Source: the human T2T-CHM13v2.0 reference genome, Homo sapiens
NCBI RefSeq assembly: GCF_009914755.1
Contig: NC_060932.1
DNA: 64,000 nucleotides
Direction: 5' to 3' (one strand)
In this document: positions 16,800 to 37,737 of the stretch, piece by piece
Position numbering within the stretch: position 1 is the first letter of the stretch
Layout of the letters: each line of letters begins with the position of its first letter
The notes under the pieces: generated by a model
The model's input: only the letters and a program-made list of their open reading frames with translations
Database searches by the model: none
What the model was told of the DNA's origin: nothing
Made by a program: the position numbers and the translations under genes

Positions 16800-16826
16800 T
16801 GAGCAAAATAACCAGCTAACATCATA

Positions 16827-20643
<3,817 letters not shown>

Positions 20644-21264
20644 AAAGTGAGAACACGGGGGCACAAGAAGGGGAACATCATACGCCGGGGCCTGTTGTCG
20701 GGTGGGGGCAGGGTGGAGGGATAGCATTAGGAGGTATACCTAATGTTAAATGACGAGTTACTGTGTGCAGCAGACCAACATGGCACATGTATACATATGT
20801 AACTAACCTGCACATTGTGCGCATGTACCCGAAAACGTAAAGTATAATAAAAAAAGAAGAAGAAGAGAAAAAAAAAAGAAAAGTAAGGTGGATTAATGGA
20901 TAGAGAAATGTGATAAACTGTCATAGCTAAATAATAACAATTGTAAAGCCTTGGTGATGTATATATTGGTTTTTGCTAGTATCTCTAAAAAATTTCTGGT
21001 CGAAATTTGCATAATATTCTGTGTGAAAAATCTTCTCAGGGAACATAGACCTGTGTTATTGTATTTATGTAAGTAGTTGTCATATAATTCTTTTATCTTA
21101 GAGAATCTGAAGTTTCCAATGTGAGTGTACAGTGTCTCACCACCACCTGAGTTTATTTCTGGTTGTTGTAATGCAGTACAATTGATAATGAAATTTTTTT
21201 GATGTTTTTGCCGTAGACATGGAATGTATAGTGCTCTAGCTTTTACTTTTTGAGAGACAGAAAA

Positions 21265-21485
21265 AGGCCCTGAGCATTGGTGTTGTGTCAGTCATCCTAG
21301 GCTCAGATCTCCATTCTACCTCTCACTGAATGCTTGGCCTTAAGCAGGTATTTAACTTTTTTTTAGATCCAATTGGTTTGTCTGTTAAATGCCTTCAGTA
21401 ACGTATTCCTCACATAGTTGCTTTGAAGATTGGTGAGTCATGGCACAGCACACAGCTGAACATAGAAGACATTCAAGCAATGCCA
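21265..21485 (+). mobile_element. MIR
   Basis: Diverged core ggccttaagcaggtatttaac...tctgttaaatg...cctcacatagttg. Confidence 0.5.
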
Positions 21486-22534
21486 GATTCCTTTAGGGTG
21501 CAGGTAGACATTCCTAGGGTTTGTAATAGATTTAGAAGTAGAATTAGTCTTCTACTTCTTCAGATCTCCTTTGAGGTCTGAGTGACTACAGAACCCATGG
21601 ACACCTTTATTTACGAAATGCTGTGTTTCTGGTGTCTAAGGCCTGATTGCATCTTGATTGGAAACTATTAGTTAAACATTTATAAGAAATAATACTGTAA
21701 CTTTTGTTTAAGCTAAAAATTATTTTCTTGAATTTTAGTTTATTGGTCTTAGTTAATACTATAACCTTTACAGTGCTAAAAAGTTATAATCCAATTGTGT
21801 TCTCTGGTGACATTAACTGAAATACATGTTCTTTTCTAGAGACCTTATTCTGTAAATCATAATAAAAAATTTCTTATGAAATTAAGTCTTTATAGATACC
21901 TCATTTAATTCTTACCATTCTATTAATAAAATACATTTTTATATTACTTATATGTATTGAGTATCTTGTCTGAAATCACACAACTAGAAAGTAGAAAGTT
22001 GTCATTTGAACACAACTCTGTGTGATTCTTAACCTTGTTTTCTTAGCCATTTTGCTGAATGGCCTTTCCTTCTTTCCCCTATCCCCCATCCCCCATCCCC
22101 CATTTCCATGTATGTGTCTGTTGTCATTCTCTACTAGCTTTTTCTTCTTATGTACAAATAGGTCAGATGTCTACATTTAAATAAACAGCATCTTTAACCC
22201 TGCTGCTCCCATACTCAAGACAAATTGACAAGTATGTTATTATCTGTGCTGTGAAGTGAAATTAGATCTTTTGATTTCAACATCAAAACCTTATAAGATG
22301 TTTTATCTTTTTTAGAAGTCCTTAATCACAAGTTAGAGCAATTAACACCTATATTACTAATAATATTTCCAGTAGTATGGATGCTTTGGTTATGGTTAAA
22401 TGGTTCTGAAATCTACACCTGAGATGCTTCCCTTAAAGGGGCTCTTTGGCCAGTTCACCAATTACTTGGAAGAGGAAGAGGAAGTCTAGGTTGATTATAT
22501 TGCTTTGAGTTAGAATATCTGAGAAAGTGGTACT

Positions 22535-22901
22535 TATATTAGTTTGCTAGTGCTGCGATGATAAAGTACTACATACTGGATGGCTTCAATAACAGAACTT
22601 TATTTTCTCACAGTCCTAGAGGCTGGAAGATCGTCTGGGACAAGTCCAGGTGCTGGCAGGGTTGATTTCTCCTGAGGCCTCTCTCTGTGGCTTGCAAGGT
22701 GGCTGTGTCTTGACATGGCCTCTTCTCTGTGTGTCCCTCCCCCTTCTTATAAGGATGTCAGTCAGATTGGATTAGGGCCCACCCTAACGGCAGCATTTTA
22801 ACATTCACTTATTTAAAGACCTTATCTCTAAGAACATTACATTCTGAGGACCTGAGACTTTCAGTGTATAAATTTGGGAGGACACAATTTAGCCTATAAT
22901 A
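22535..22901 (-). mobile_element. MLT1 (MLT1A/B-like) solo LTR
   Basis: tatattagtttgctag...ttattttctcacagtcctagaggctggaag...ggacacaatttagcctataa. Confidence 0.8.
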
Positions 22902-23755
22902 GTGCTATAAAGAGAAGTTCAAAAATGAAGATGGAGATTTTATTTTTTAAGCAAAAAAATAAGTTTGCTTTTAGAGTGTTAAATTGGGAATGTACACTAG
23001 ATAGTTGATGTTGTCACTTGGGATTTGGAAGAGAACACAAGGTTGGTTGCTTGATTTGGAAAGCATTTGCTTAGAGGTAGTATATTAAAATTAGAGCAAC
23101 ATAAGGAAATTGATTTTTCTCCACATTTCTGGGACAAGAGGAAAAAGTAGTATAAGTAATCGTAAAAAATTCTTAGAAAGTATGAAGAAAGGAGCCCACA
23201 AGAGAAATTTGAAGGATAAGATTTGTTTCTCATGGACTTATTTCAGTTGGTCAGTCTATTTTCCTTTTTTTAAATGCCAGAAAATTTAAAACATCAATTG
23301 TAATGAAAATGTTTTTCAGATTAGAAATATTTTGGAAGGAATTTACTTAAAACAAGTTACTGATCTAACCAACTTCTTGAGTTCCAAAGCCATGGAGACA
23401 TCTTATGGTGCTCCAGACAATCTATCCCTTTTTCTGTCCCTGGCAGCTGTAGCTTCAACATTCGAGACAGAGTTATGTGAGATTTGTGCTCTTTCTTTGA
23501 GAGTGGAGGACTCTTCTGGGCATGGGTGCCTGATGTCCTGAGGTGGGATCATTGCCTCCTCTTTCTGTTTTCCCCAAATGCCTCTGCAATGACTAGGTTG
23601 TTGAAATTTTCCTGGCCCTAAGCACTATTTTAGGGGATCTAAGAGGAAGAAAGAAGTCTTCCAGCACACCTAAAGGTGACAGGAAGATAATGGCAACTTG
23701 ACTGTCCTTTCTTTTGACCATCTCTATCTTTTTCCAAAATAAGCTTCATCCATGC

Positions 23756-24070
23756 TTTTTTTTTCTTTTAAGACAGGGTCTGGCTTTGTTTCTCACAATG
23801 GACTGCAGTGGTGTGATCTCACAGCTCACTGCAGCCTCCACCTCCCCAGTCTCAGGTGATCCTCCCACCTCTGCCTCCGAAGTAGCTAAGACTAGTGGTG
23901 CATGCCACCACGTCCTGCTCGTTTCTGTATTTATTTATTTATTTTATTTTTTTCTAGAGAGGCAAGGTTTTGCCATGTTGCCCAGACTGGTCTGAAATTC
24001 TTGAGCTCAAGCCATCTGCCTGTCTCAGCCTCCCAAAGTGCTGGGATTTCAGGCATGAGCCACCACACCT
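23756..24070 (-). mobile_element. AluJ
   Basis: Diverged dimer with J-type gatcctcccacctc and ttgcccagac motifs. Confidence 0.9.
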
Positions 24071-25151
24071 AATTTCTTTTATGTAATAATGGAAAATGCA
24101 ACTCTTTTCTTTAAAGAATGTTTGCTTTCAGCCTTGCCACGTACATACACATCTTTAGCAACATCCAGTTTGTTACCAGGTCTCTCAGTTTACTTTTTAA
24201 AAATTTTACTTTATTGAGGTGAAATTCACATAGCATCAAATTAACATTCAAAAGTGAATAATTCAGTGGCACTTGGTGGATTCACAAAGTTTTGCAACTA
24301 ATACCTGTATCTCATTCTAAAACATTTCATCACTCTGCAAGGAGACACTATACTATTAAGCATCCATTCCGTATTCCCCACCTCATCTCAGTCCTTGGTA
24401 ACACCAGTCTGCTTTCTGTCTCTGTAGTTTTACCTGTTCTGTTATTTCACATAAATGGAAATCATATAGCATGTGACCTTTTGTGTCTGGCTTCTTAACA
24501 AAATGTTTTTGAGGTTCCTCCACATTGTAGCATGTATCAGTACTTCATTCCTTTTTATAGCTGGATAATGTTCCATTGAATGTATATGCCACACGTTGTT
24601 TAGCCATTCATCCACTGATGTGTATTTATTTCCTCCCTTTGGCTACTGTGAATAGAGCTGCTAGAACCCTGGTTTACACATTTCGGAGTACCTGTTTTCA
24701 GTTCTCTTGGATATATATGAAGGAGTGAAATTGCTGGACTATATGGTAATTTTATGTTACTCTTTGAAAAACTACCTGTTTTCTGCAATGACTGAACCAT
24801 TTTACATTCCTGTTAGCAACGCACAAAGGTTTCAGTTTCTCCACATCCCTTGCCAGCACTTACATTATGGTCTCTTCTACCCACTTAAAAAAAAAATCCT
24901 AGTGGCTGTGAAATGATACCTTATTAAGGTTTTGGTTTGCAATTCTCTAATAGCTAATGATGATGAGCACTGTTTCATGTGGTGGTTGGTGATCTGAATA
25001 TCTTCTTGGAAAAAATATCTATTCAAGTTTTTTGTTGATTTCTTTTTCTGGTTGTGTTATAAGAGAATGATCTATATATTCTGGATACTAGACCCTTGTC
25101 AAATATATGACTGGCAAATGTTTTCTCATATTCAGTAGGTGGTTTTTTCAC

Positions 25152-25757
25152 TTTTTTTTTTTTTTTTTTGAGACAGGGTTTTAATTTTGTTGCCCAGCTA
25201 GAGTGCACTGGCACAATCATGGCTCACTATAGCACTACAGCCCCAACTTCCCCAGGCTCAGGTAATTCTCCCACCTCAGCCTCTCGAGTAGCTGGGACTA
25301 CAGGCACGCACCAGCACACTTGGCTAATTTTTTCCCCCTCGAGGCAGAGTCCTGTTCTGTTGCCCAGGTTGGAGTGGAGTGGCGCAATCTTGGCTCATTA
25401 CAACCTCCACCTCCTGTGTTTAAGTGATTCTCCTGTCTCAGCCTCCCAAGTAGCTGGGATTACAGGCACGTGCCACCATGCCTGGCTAATTTTTGTATTT
25501 TTAGTAGACACGGGGTTTCACCATGTTGGCCAGGCTGATCTCAAACTCCAGACCTCAGGTGATCCACTTGTCTTGGCCTCCCAAAGTGCTGGGATTATAG
25601 GCATAAGCCACTACACCTGACCTGATTTTTGTATTTTTGTAGAGATAGGGTTTCGCCATGTTGCTCAGGCTTGTCTTGAACCCCTGAGCTGAAGCGATCC
25701 ACCCACCTTGGCCTTCGAAAGTGCTGGGATTACAGGCATGAGCCACGACCCCTGGCC
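25152..25757 (-). mobile_element. AluJ split in its linker by an AluS (~25333-25622)
   Basis: Order is right arm, complete Alu, left arm. Confidence 0.88.
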
Positions 25758-26022
25758 GTGTTTTTTTTTTGGTTTTTTTTTTTCACTTTTTTGACAATAT
25801 TCTTGGATGCACAATAGTTTTTAGTTTTGAAAAAAGTTCAGTTTATCTATTATTTCTTCTGTTGCTCATAATCTTGGTGTCATATCTAAGAAACAATTGC
25901 CAAATCCACGATCATGAAGATCTATTATCTATGTTTTCTTAGGTTTTTGCTCTTCTATTTAGGCCATTGATGTATTTTGAATTAATTTTTGTGTATGGTG
26001 TGAGGCAGGTGGTCCAACTACA

Positions 26023-26310
26023 TTTTTTTTTTTAAAGAGATAAAGTCTTGCTCTGTCACTCAGGCTGGAGTGCAGTGGCATTATCATAGCTTACTGCAGC
26101 CTTGAACCTCTGGGCCCAAGTGATCCGCTCACCTCGACCTCTCAAATAGCTAAGACTTCACCAAGACTGGCTAATTATTTTTTTTTTTTTTTTCAGAGAT
26201 GGGGTCTTGCTATGTTATCCAGGTTGTTCTCAAACTCCTGGCTTCAAGTGATCCTCCCACCTAAGCCTCCCAAAGTGTTGGTGATAACAAGCGTGAGCCA
26301 CCACGTTGGG
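26023..26310 (-). mobile_element. AluJ
   Basis: Diverged dimer. Confidence 0.88.
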
Positions 26311-26567
26311 TACCAACTTCATTTTTTTGAATATGGAAATCCGGTTGTCCCAGCACCATTTGTTGAAAAGATTATTCTTTCCTTACTGGCAGGTCGTGAC
26401 ACCCTTGTTTAGTGTATTGTATCTCTTATGCAGAGCATACAGTGGAATCTTCACTTTTTTATCCTGCATGACAGTCTCTACCTTTGGCTGGGTTAATTTA
26501 TGTACATTTAATGTTATTGTTGATATAGTTGCATCTATGTACACCAGTTTACTTTTTCTTTTTCTAA

Positions 26568-27266
<699 letters not shown>

Positions 27267-29620
27267 TACAATATGTTTTTGAGTGAGATTTCATGGGTTG
27301 CTTTAGTGCTTATCAGGTACATCTCAACCAAATCTTCCTTAGATTTGTTACTAGTTTTATGCCAGTCACGCATAGAAACATTACCACTATATGGCTCTAC
27401 TTTCTCTTCCTCCTTTTTATGCTATTATTGTTATACATATTGTATCTGTTATAATTATTAGTATAATTTTGTCTTTTATAGAAGGGAAAAGAAAGGAGAG
27501 CAAGTATACGTTTATAGTGTTAGATGACCCTTCTTATTTACCATTTTTTGTTCTCTTCATTGGTTCCTATGGAATCCTGTTACCATCTGGTGGTGTTTCC
27601 TTAGTTTGGTAAAGCTTTGTTCCCACCCACCACTCTTCTGTTACTCACAGATATATGACATTTCTATATGTTATAGGTACAATAGTACAATTACGTACAT
27701 ATTTTGTGCAGTTTTTTAAAATCAGCTAAGAAAACAAATACGCACATATGCTGAGTTTTAATTAGATAATTACTTTTACTGACACCCAGATTTTTCATGT
27801 GGACTTGTGTGGATTCTTAGGTCACTTTCCTTCAGCCTTAAGAAATTCTGTGTGTATATTTTATCAGGTGGGTCTGCAAGCAATAATCAGTTTTTGTTTA
27901 TCTAAAAATGTATTTATCATGCCTTCATTTTTTTGGTGGTGGTGCTTTTCTTAAGGTGCTTTTTTTTTTTAAAGCATCTTTAGTTTTACAGAAAAACTGA
28001 AAGGAAGGTACAGAGGTATCCCATAATTCCCTCCCCCACATATGCATAGCTTTCCTATTATCAACATATCCCCCACCAGAATGGTATATTTGTTACAGTT
28101 GATGAACCCGTGTATACACATCTTTCTTACGCAAAGTCACTAGTTTCTATCAGGGTTAATTCTTGGCGTTGTATATTCTGTGAGTTTGAACAAATGTATA
28201 AAAATATATGTCTACCATTATGTCATACAGAGCAGTGACACTGCACTAAAAATCCTCTGTGCTCTGCCTAGTAATCATTCTCTCCACCCTAATCTCTCGA
28301 AACCACTGATCTTTTTACCATCTCTATAGTTTTGCCTTATCCAGAATGTCATACAGTTGGAATCATATAGTATGGCTTTTTTGGAGTGCCTTCTTTCACT
28401 TAGTAATATGTATTGAACTTTCCTCCATGTCTTTTCATAGCTTGATAACTTATTTCTTTTCAGCACTGAATTATGTTCCATTGTCTGGATATAACACTTT
28501 ATCCATTCATCTACCAAGAGACATCTGGGTTGCTTCTAGGTTTTGGCAATTATGATTGAAGGTGCTATAAACATACATTTGGAAGTTTCCGTGTGGAGAT
28601 AAACTTTCAACTCCTTTGAGTAGATACCAAGCAGAGCAACTATTGGATTGTATTGGTAAGAGTATTTTTAGTTTTATAAGAAACTGCCAAACTGTCTTCC
28701 AAAGTGGCTGTAACATTTTGCATTCCCACCAGCAAAAGAGTTCCTGTTGCTCCATATTCTTGTCAGCATTTGGTGGTGTCAGTGTTAGGAATTTTAGCCA
28801 TTCTAGTAAGTATGTCATGATATCTCAGTGTTGTTTAAATTTGCATTTCTCTGGTAATATATGATGTGGAGCATCTTTTCTTGTACTTATTTGCCATCTG
28901 TATCTGTATCTTCTTTGGAGAGATATCTGTTAAGGCTTTTGGCCAATTATTAGTTTCTAAGGTAAAGCTTAGATTATTGATTTTGATCATTTTTCTTTTT
29001 TAAAGCAGTCAGATGTCATTTAGTGATCAGAATACATCCTGAAGAAATGTGTCATTATTAGGTGATTTTGTCCTTGTGCGAACATCATAGAGTGTTCTTA
29101 CTCAAACCTAGGTGGTTTAGTCTACTACACACCTACACTATATGGTTAAGCCTATATCTAGGCTGCAAACCTTTATAGCATTTTACTGTACTGGATACTG
29201 TAGACAATTGGAACACAAAGGTAGTTATTTATGTATCTAAGCATAGAAAAGGTACATTATAATATGGCATAAAAGATAAACAGTGGTATACATGTATAGG
29301 GCACTTACCATGAATGGAGCTTGTAGAACTGAAAGGTGCTCTGGGTGAGTCAGTGAGTGAGTGTTGAGTGAATGTGAAGGCCTAGGACATTACCATACAC
29401 TACTATCAACTTTATAAACATAGTACACTTAGACTACACTAAACTTATTTTTAAAAATTTTCTTTCTTCAATAATAAATTAATCTTAGCTTACTGTAACG
29501 TTTTTACTTCTTCTTCATTTTTTTCACTTTTTGACTCTTTAGTAATACCACTTTGTAATAGCTCTTTTGTAATAACACTTAGCTTAAAACATAAACATAT
29601 TGTTCAGCTGTACAGAAGTA

Positions 29621-29680
29621 TTTTTTTTTGAGAGAGAGTCTCTGTTGTCCAGGCTGGAGTGCAGTGGCGTGATCTCAGCT
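29621..29680 (-). mobile_element. Alu 3' fragment (~60 bp)
   Basis: ttttg agagagagtctctgttgtccaggctggagtgcagtggcgtgatctcagct. Confidence 0.85.
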
Positions 29681-29725
29681 TATATATTCTGTCAGCTTTT
29701 TTCTATTTAAAAAATTTTTTTAAAC

Positions 29726-30816
<1,091 letters not shown>

Positions 30817-31054
30817 CTAAGGCACAGACACACACATTAGCCTAGGTCTACACAGGGTCAGGATCATCAGTATCACTGTCTTCCACCTCCGTATCTTATT
30901 CCACTGAAAGGTCTTCAGGGGCAGTAACACTCATGGAGCTGTCATCTTGTATGATATCAGTGCCTTCTTCTGGAATACCTCCTGAAGGGATCTGCTTGAG
31001 GATCTTGAGGATGTTTTACAGTTAACTTAAGAAAAATAAGTGAAAGGAGCATAC

Positions 31055-31379
<325 letters not shown>

Positions 31380-33179
31380 TAATGATAAAAAGTATAGTAT
31401 AGTAAATACATAGATTAGTACCATAGTCATTATCAAACACATACATAATTATATGTGCTATAGTTTTATACAGCTGGCAGCATACAGTAAGTCTGTTTAC
31501 AACAGCTTCACCATGAACATGTGAAAAATGCATTGCACTATAAGGTTACAACTGCCATGACATCATTAGGTAATAGGAATTTCAGCTCCATTGTAATCTT
31601 ACAAGACCAGCGTTGTATATGAGGTGTGTTCATTGACAAAAACATCATTATGTGGCATGTGACTGTATATGCGTTTAGTGCTATAAATTTCTCCTCTAAG
31701 CATTGCTTTCACTACATCCCACAAATTTTGGTAAGTTGTGTATTATTTTCATATAGTTGAAAACGTTTATAAATTTCTCATCAGATTTCTTCTTTGACCC
31801 ATGTGTATTTAGAAGTATTTTGTTTAGTTTTCACATATTTTGGGATGTTCCATGTATCTTTCTGTTAATTGATCTTTATTTTGATCTTAGAGAAGATGTT
31901 ATATAATTTCTGTTTTTAAAAATTTGTTAACATGTATTTTATGGCCTAGAATGTTATCTGTTTTGATGAATGTTCCATGTAATCTAGAGGATATGTATTC
32001 TGCTATTGTTGGATGAAGTGGTCTATAAATGTCAATTATATCCAGTTGATAGGTGGTGTTATTGTGTTCAAATATATCTTTATGGATTTTCTGCCTGCTA
32101 AATCTGTCCATTTCTGTGAGAGATCTTGAAGTCTCGGATTATGATAGTGGACTAATTTATTTCACTTTGCAGTTTGTTTTTACTTTATGTTAACACTCTG
32201 TTGATAGGTATATACATGTAAAGGATTGTTGTGTCTTCTTGGACAATTGAATCCTTTATCATTGGGTAATGCCCCTCTTTATCCTTGATAACTTTCCTTG
32301 CTTTAAGTGTATTCTGCCTGAAATTAATAGGCTACTCCTGCTTTTCTTTGGTTAATGTTAGCATGATATATCTTTCTTCAATCCATTTACTTTTAGTTTA
32401 TATGTATCTTTACATATGAAGTGAGTTTCTTGTAGACAACATGCAGTTGGCTCTTGTTTTTTATTGCATTTTGACAATTTGTCTTTTAATTGGTGTGTTG
32501 ACTTTTAAAATCATCATTGGTATAATTGGATTAATATCTACCATATTTGTTACTGGTTTCTATTTGTTGTTCTTGTCCTTTGTTCTTATTTTTATTTTCC
32601 ACTCTTTGAGCATTTTATATGATTCTATTTTTTTCTCATTTTCTTAGTATATCCCTTACACTTCTTTCTTAGCTTTTAAAATGGTTGCCTTAGAGTTTGC
32701 AGTATACATTTACAACTAATGCAAGCCAACTTTCCAATAACACTGTTACACATTTACAGATAATGTGGAGTATAATAGCAAAATTATCCTAATTTCTCCT
32801 TCTGTTCCTGGCATTCATTTTACTTACATGTAAGCATACATAAATACATATAAGAGCATACATAATTGAATACATGTTGCTGTTACTATTTTGACCAAAC
32901 CATTATCTGTTAGGTCAATTAAGAATAAAAAAATAAAATTTTACTGTCTAATTTATTCCTTCATCAGCTCTTCCTTTCTTTATGTAGAACTGAATTTCCG
33001 ACCTATATTATTTTCTTTCTTCTGTAGAACTTCTTTTAATACTTCTTGCAAGGCAGTTTTTTTGGCAACAAAGTGACTCAATTTTTGTTCATCTGACAAG
33101 ATATTTTTCCTTCAGTTTTGAAGTATGATTTTACTCACTACAGAATTCTAGATTGGTAATTTTTTTTCTCACAACAGTT

Positions 33180-33661
<482 letters not shown>

Positions 33662-34067
33662 TGATATGCCTAAGTTTTTGCTTTTTTTTTTTTAATTCTG
33701 CATTTGTCTAGCTTGCTGTTCTTAGTTTCTCGGATCTGTGTGTGGTTTGGTGTGTAACAGTAATTTGGGGAGATTCTCAGTCATTGTTGTTTCAAATATT
33801 TCTAATGTCCCTTTTTCTCTGCTTCTGGTATTCCCATTAAGTGTACATTTTATTATAGTTTTCCCACACTTCTTAGATACTCTATTTTTTTCAGTCTCTT
33901 CCCTGTTTGCTTTTCGGTTTTGGAGGTTAGTAGTAGTCCATTGTATAGATGTAGCACATTTTAAAAATCTGTTCACCACTTGTTTTATGTTTGGTGTTTT
34001 TACACTTTTTGGCTGTTATGAATACTGTTGCTCTGAAATTGATCCACAAGTTTTTCTGTGAACATAC

Positions 34068-34521
34068 TGTTACTGAAACACCAGGGGTTTGGTCTAGGTC
34101 CTGTTGCTTGCCGCACAGAAAGCCAGTGACTGAGACAAAGAGTATTGCCAAAGAAGAAGGCTTTAATTGGGTGCTATGGCTGGGGAGATGGGAGCTCAGT
34201 CTTAAATCCCTCTCCCTGACCAACTAAAATTAGGGGTTTAGGTAGCAGGAAAAAATGTAACAATGTGTAACAAAACAGGAGCTAGGGAGGGGCAAGGAAG
34301 CAATCATGATGAAGCTTCCAGCATCTCATTGTTTGGATGTGGTGATCTGGTGAATTTCAGTTCTTTGATATTTTTTGAGAGCAGAAGGTCATTTCCTGAG
34401 GAAGAAACTCAGAGCAGAAGGTTGTTCCCTGAGGAAGGAACTCAGATAAATATAAGTTTTAAGCTTAAAATAATTTCTATGTTTGTATTAAAAAACTGTG
34501 GGACTGTTGGAGTTGGTTTCA
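34068..34521 (-). mobile_element. ERV1 solo LTR (MER66-like)
   Basis: TG...CA termini (tgttactgaaacaccaggggtttggtctaggtcctg ... gttggtttca); 4-bp TSD atac/atat. Confidence 0.75.
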
Positions 34522-34879
34522 ATATGTGTGCAGTTCTCTTGTATATATACCTAGAAGTCAAATTGTTAGATCATGTTATCTTTGTATTTCACTTTTTAAG
34601 GAACTGACATTTTTCTCTGAAGTGGCTGCACTGTTCTGCATTCCCACTAGAAATGTTTGAGGGTCTGCAGTTTCTCCATATTCTTATCAACACAGCCCTT
34701 CACCTCACTTTTCATTATAGCATTCTAAGTGGGTGTGGAATGGTATCTTTTTTGTTTTGATTTGCATTTCTCTAATGGCTAAGGATATTTTCATGTGCTT
34801 ATTGGCCATTTGTATATGTTCTTTGGAGAAACGTCTATTTAAATTCTTTGCCCATTTTTCAATTGGCTTGTGTGTGTGT

Positions 34880-35190
34880 GTTTTGTTTGGTTTTGCTTCT
34901 TTTTTGAGACAGAGTCTTGCTCTATCACCCAGGCTGGAGTGCAGGGGTCTGATGATAACTTACGACAGCCTCGACCTCCTGGGTTCAACCTGACCTTCCA
35001 CCTCTGCCTCCTGAGTAACTGGGACTACAGAGGGGCCTACCACCACCTCTGGCTAATTGTTTAATTTTTTTGTAGAGACAAGGTTCTGCTGTGTTGCCCA
35101 GGCTTGTCTTGAACTTCTGGACTCAAGTGATCTTCCTGCCTCAGCCTCCCAAAGTGCTGGGATTATAAGCATGAGCCACCACACCTGGCC
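34880..35190 (-). mobile_element. AluJ
   Basis: Diverged dimer. Confidence 0.9.
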
Positions 35191-35949
35191 TTTATTTGTG
35201 TTTTTATTATTGACTTGTCAGAGTTCCGTATGTATTCGGTGTACAAGTCTTTTTTTTTCCCAGATGTATGATTTGTAAATATTTTTTCCCATCATTGGGT
35301 TTTATTTTCACCTCCTTAATACCATCTTTTTTTCCATAAAAGTTTTTGTTTTTAGTATGTTTTTGGTTGCTGCTGCTTTTTGTGTCACATGTAAGAAACC
35401 ATTGTTTAAAAAAAAAAAAAAAGGTCATGAAGATTTATACCTGTGTTTTCTTCTAAGATCTTTATAGTTTCAGCTTTTCAATTAGGTGTATGGTCCGTTT
35501 TGAATTAACTTTTTTGGTAGTGTGTTAGGTAGGTGTCCAGATTTATTACTTTGCATGTGAATATTCAGCTGTTGTAGCACCATGTTTTAAGCAGAGTGTT
35601 CTTTTAGTATTTCAAGGTCATGGCACCCTTGTGAAAAATTAGTTTACTGTAGGTGTATAGGTTTATTTCTGGATTTTCTATTCAGTTCCATTGGTCTATA
35701 TGTCTATCCTCATGTCAGTTTCACCTTACCTTAATTAATGTAATTTTATAATAGGTTTTAAAATTGGAAAGTGAGAGTCCTATAACTTTGATTTCTTTTT
35801 CAAGGTTGTTTTGGTTCTTCTTATTCTTTTGTGTCTCTATATGAAGTTTAGAGTAAGCTTTTCCATTTCTGTACTCTTATCCCCAGCCTGTAGGTCTCTT
35901 GCCTGTCCCTTTCCTGGTGGTGGTGTGTGGGAGGCCACAGGTGCATTCC

Positions 35950-36596
35950 AAATGGAAAGAGATTACATTCTTGTAATGATCTAGTGGTAAGCTTGGCCTG
36001 AAGATTTCAAGATGGGACATGGTTAAAAGATATGTTGTTCTACTTTTATGGTATGAAATTCCCCATATAAATTTAACATGACCAGAAAGTTTGAAATTGT
36101 CAAATGAAACACAATAACTACCTTTGAGAGAGTCATTGGAAGTTTGTATTCGTATATATTACAGTGGAAGATGCAGCATCATTAGTAATGATTGAACCAG
36201 CATTAAATAAATGGCATTAATGAACTGCAGCAGATATATGTTGTTTCAATACTAACATGTCATGGGAGCCATGGCATTGTGAGCAATACTAGTGTTGTTG
36301 CCTTTTTCTTGGGTGAAAGTTAGGAAATCAGCCAGGAAAAGCAGATAGAACAATGAAGAACTTAGAGATGGTGCCTGGACACTTTGAAGAAAGTTCTTGT
36401 GCATGATTGAACAATAAATAAATACTTAAGAGTATCTATTTTCTATCTAATGTTCTAAAACTTTATTGAAAAATCATTCTAGTGTCCATTGGCCCATCAT
36501 TTTGTAATATACTTTAAAATCAAATTATTTATACATAAAGAGGCCTCACAAAAAATTATTTGCCCAGGGCTTCCACGTATCCTAAGGGTAGTCCTG
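35950..36596. mobile_element. Possible degraded hAT (Tip100-group) DNA transposon fragment
   Basis: The terminus ttatttgcccagggc...cctaagggtagtcctg resembles hAT-Tip100 TIR ends; the interior is not verifiable by eye. Confidence 0.3.
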
Positions 36597-37422
36597 CTCA
36601 AATTTATGTTAGTAGATACCATCCCAGCTGTTGTGGGGGGGTCAGCCTTGACGTCTTTCAGCCTAAATGGCTTAATGTAGGTGAGAATAGGGAATTACTT
36701 TTAAGAGTAAAGGACAAAATGAATAAAATCAATTGAGCTTGCATTGTTGTAGTTTAGATAAAAGTACTACTTAGAGTGAACCTTCATGAGCAAGAGGTCA
36801 CTATTAACTAGATCTTTGAATTTGTCTTAGTACAACTGCTCAGAGGGATTTTAAATATTTAACATTTCCGTTTTAAATATCATCTTTCAGAAATGATTCA
36901 CCATTCAAGAATTAAGATTTAACACAGAATCATGGGATTAGATTTTTGGAAGTTTAGCGATTTTCTGCCTTTTTTAGAAAAAACAAACTGAAAATGTTCT
37001 AGGTTGTGCTTTGATAAGATTGCCCCTTCTGTTTAATTTACTGTGTTTCTACTGAGAACGAATTTACTATGATCCTACTATTTTTCTATGGAGAACTAAC
37101 CTAACATGCTCCTATTAAAAACTAATTCCCCATGTGTGTGTGATTGTAGCCAGAGAAAAATATTTGAAGATGAAAATTTATTTACCATTCTTTTTATGTA
37201 ATTAACCTATATCTTAATAATTTCCATGTTTTTTTCGCTTACCTGGAGAAGATCAGTAGATGAGAGTGAACTAAGTACTGGGGCTTGTGAAAATGGGTAT
37301 TTATTTAAAAAACCCACAAGATAAGGATATTCTTTGCATTTAGAGGACTGTTTAGAGTGAAAAGGAAAACTCACTTTTTTATTTAAAACAAAAACTTTAA
37401 GCTGAATACATGTTGAGCATAA

Positions 37423-37737
<315 letters not shown>

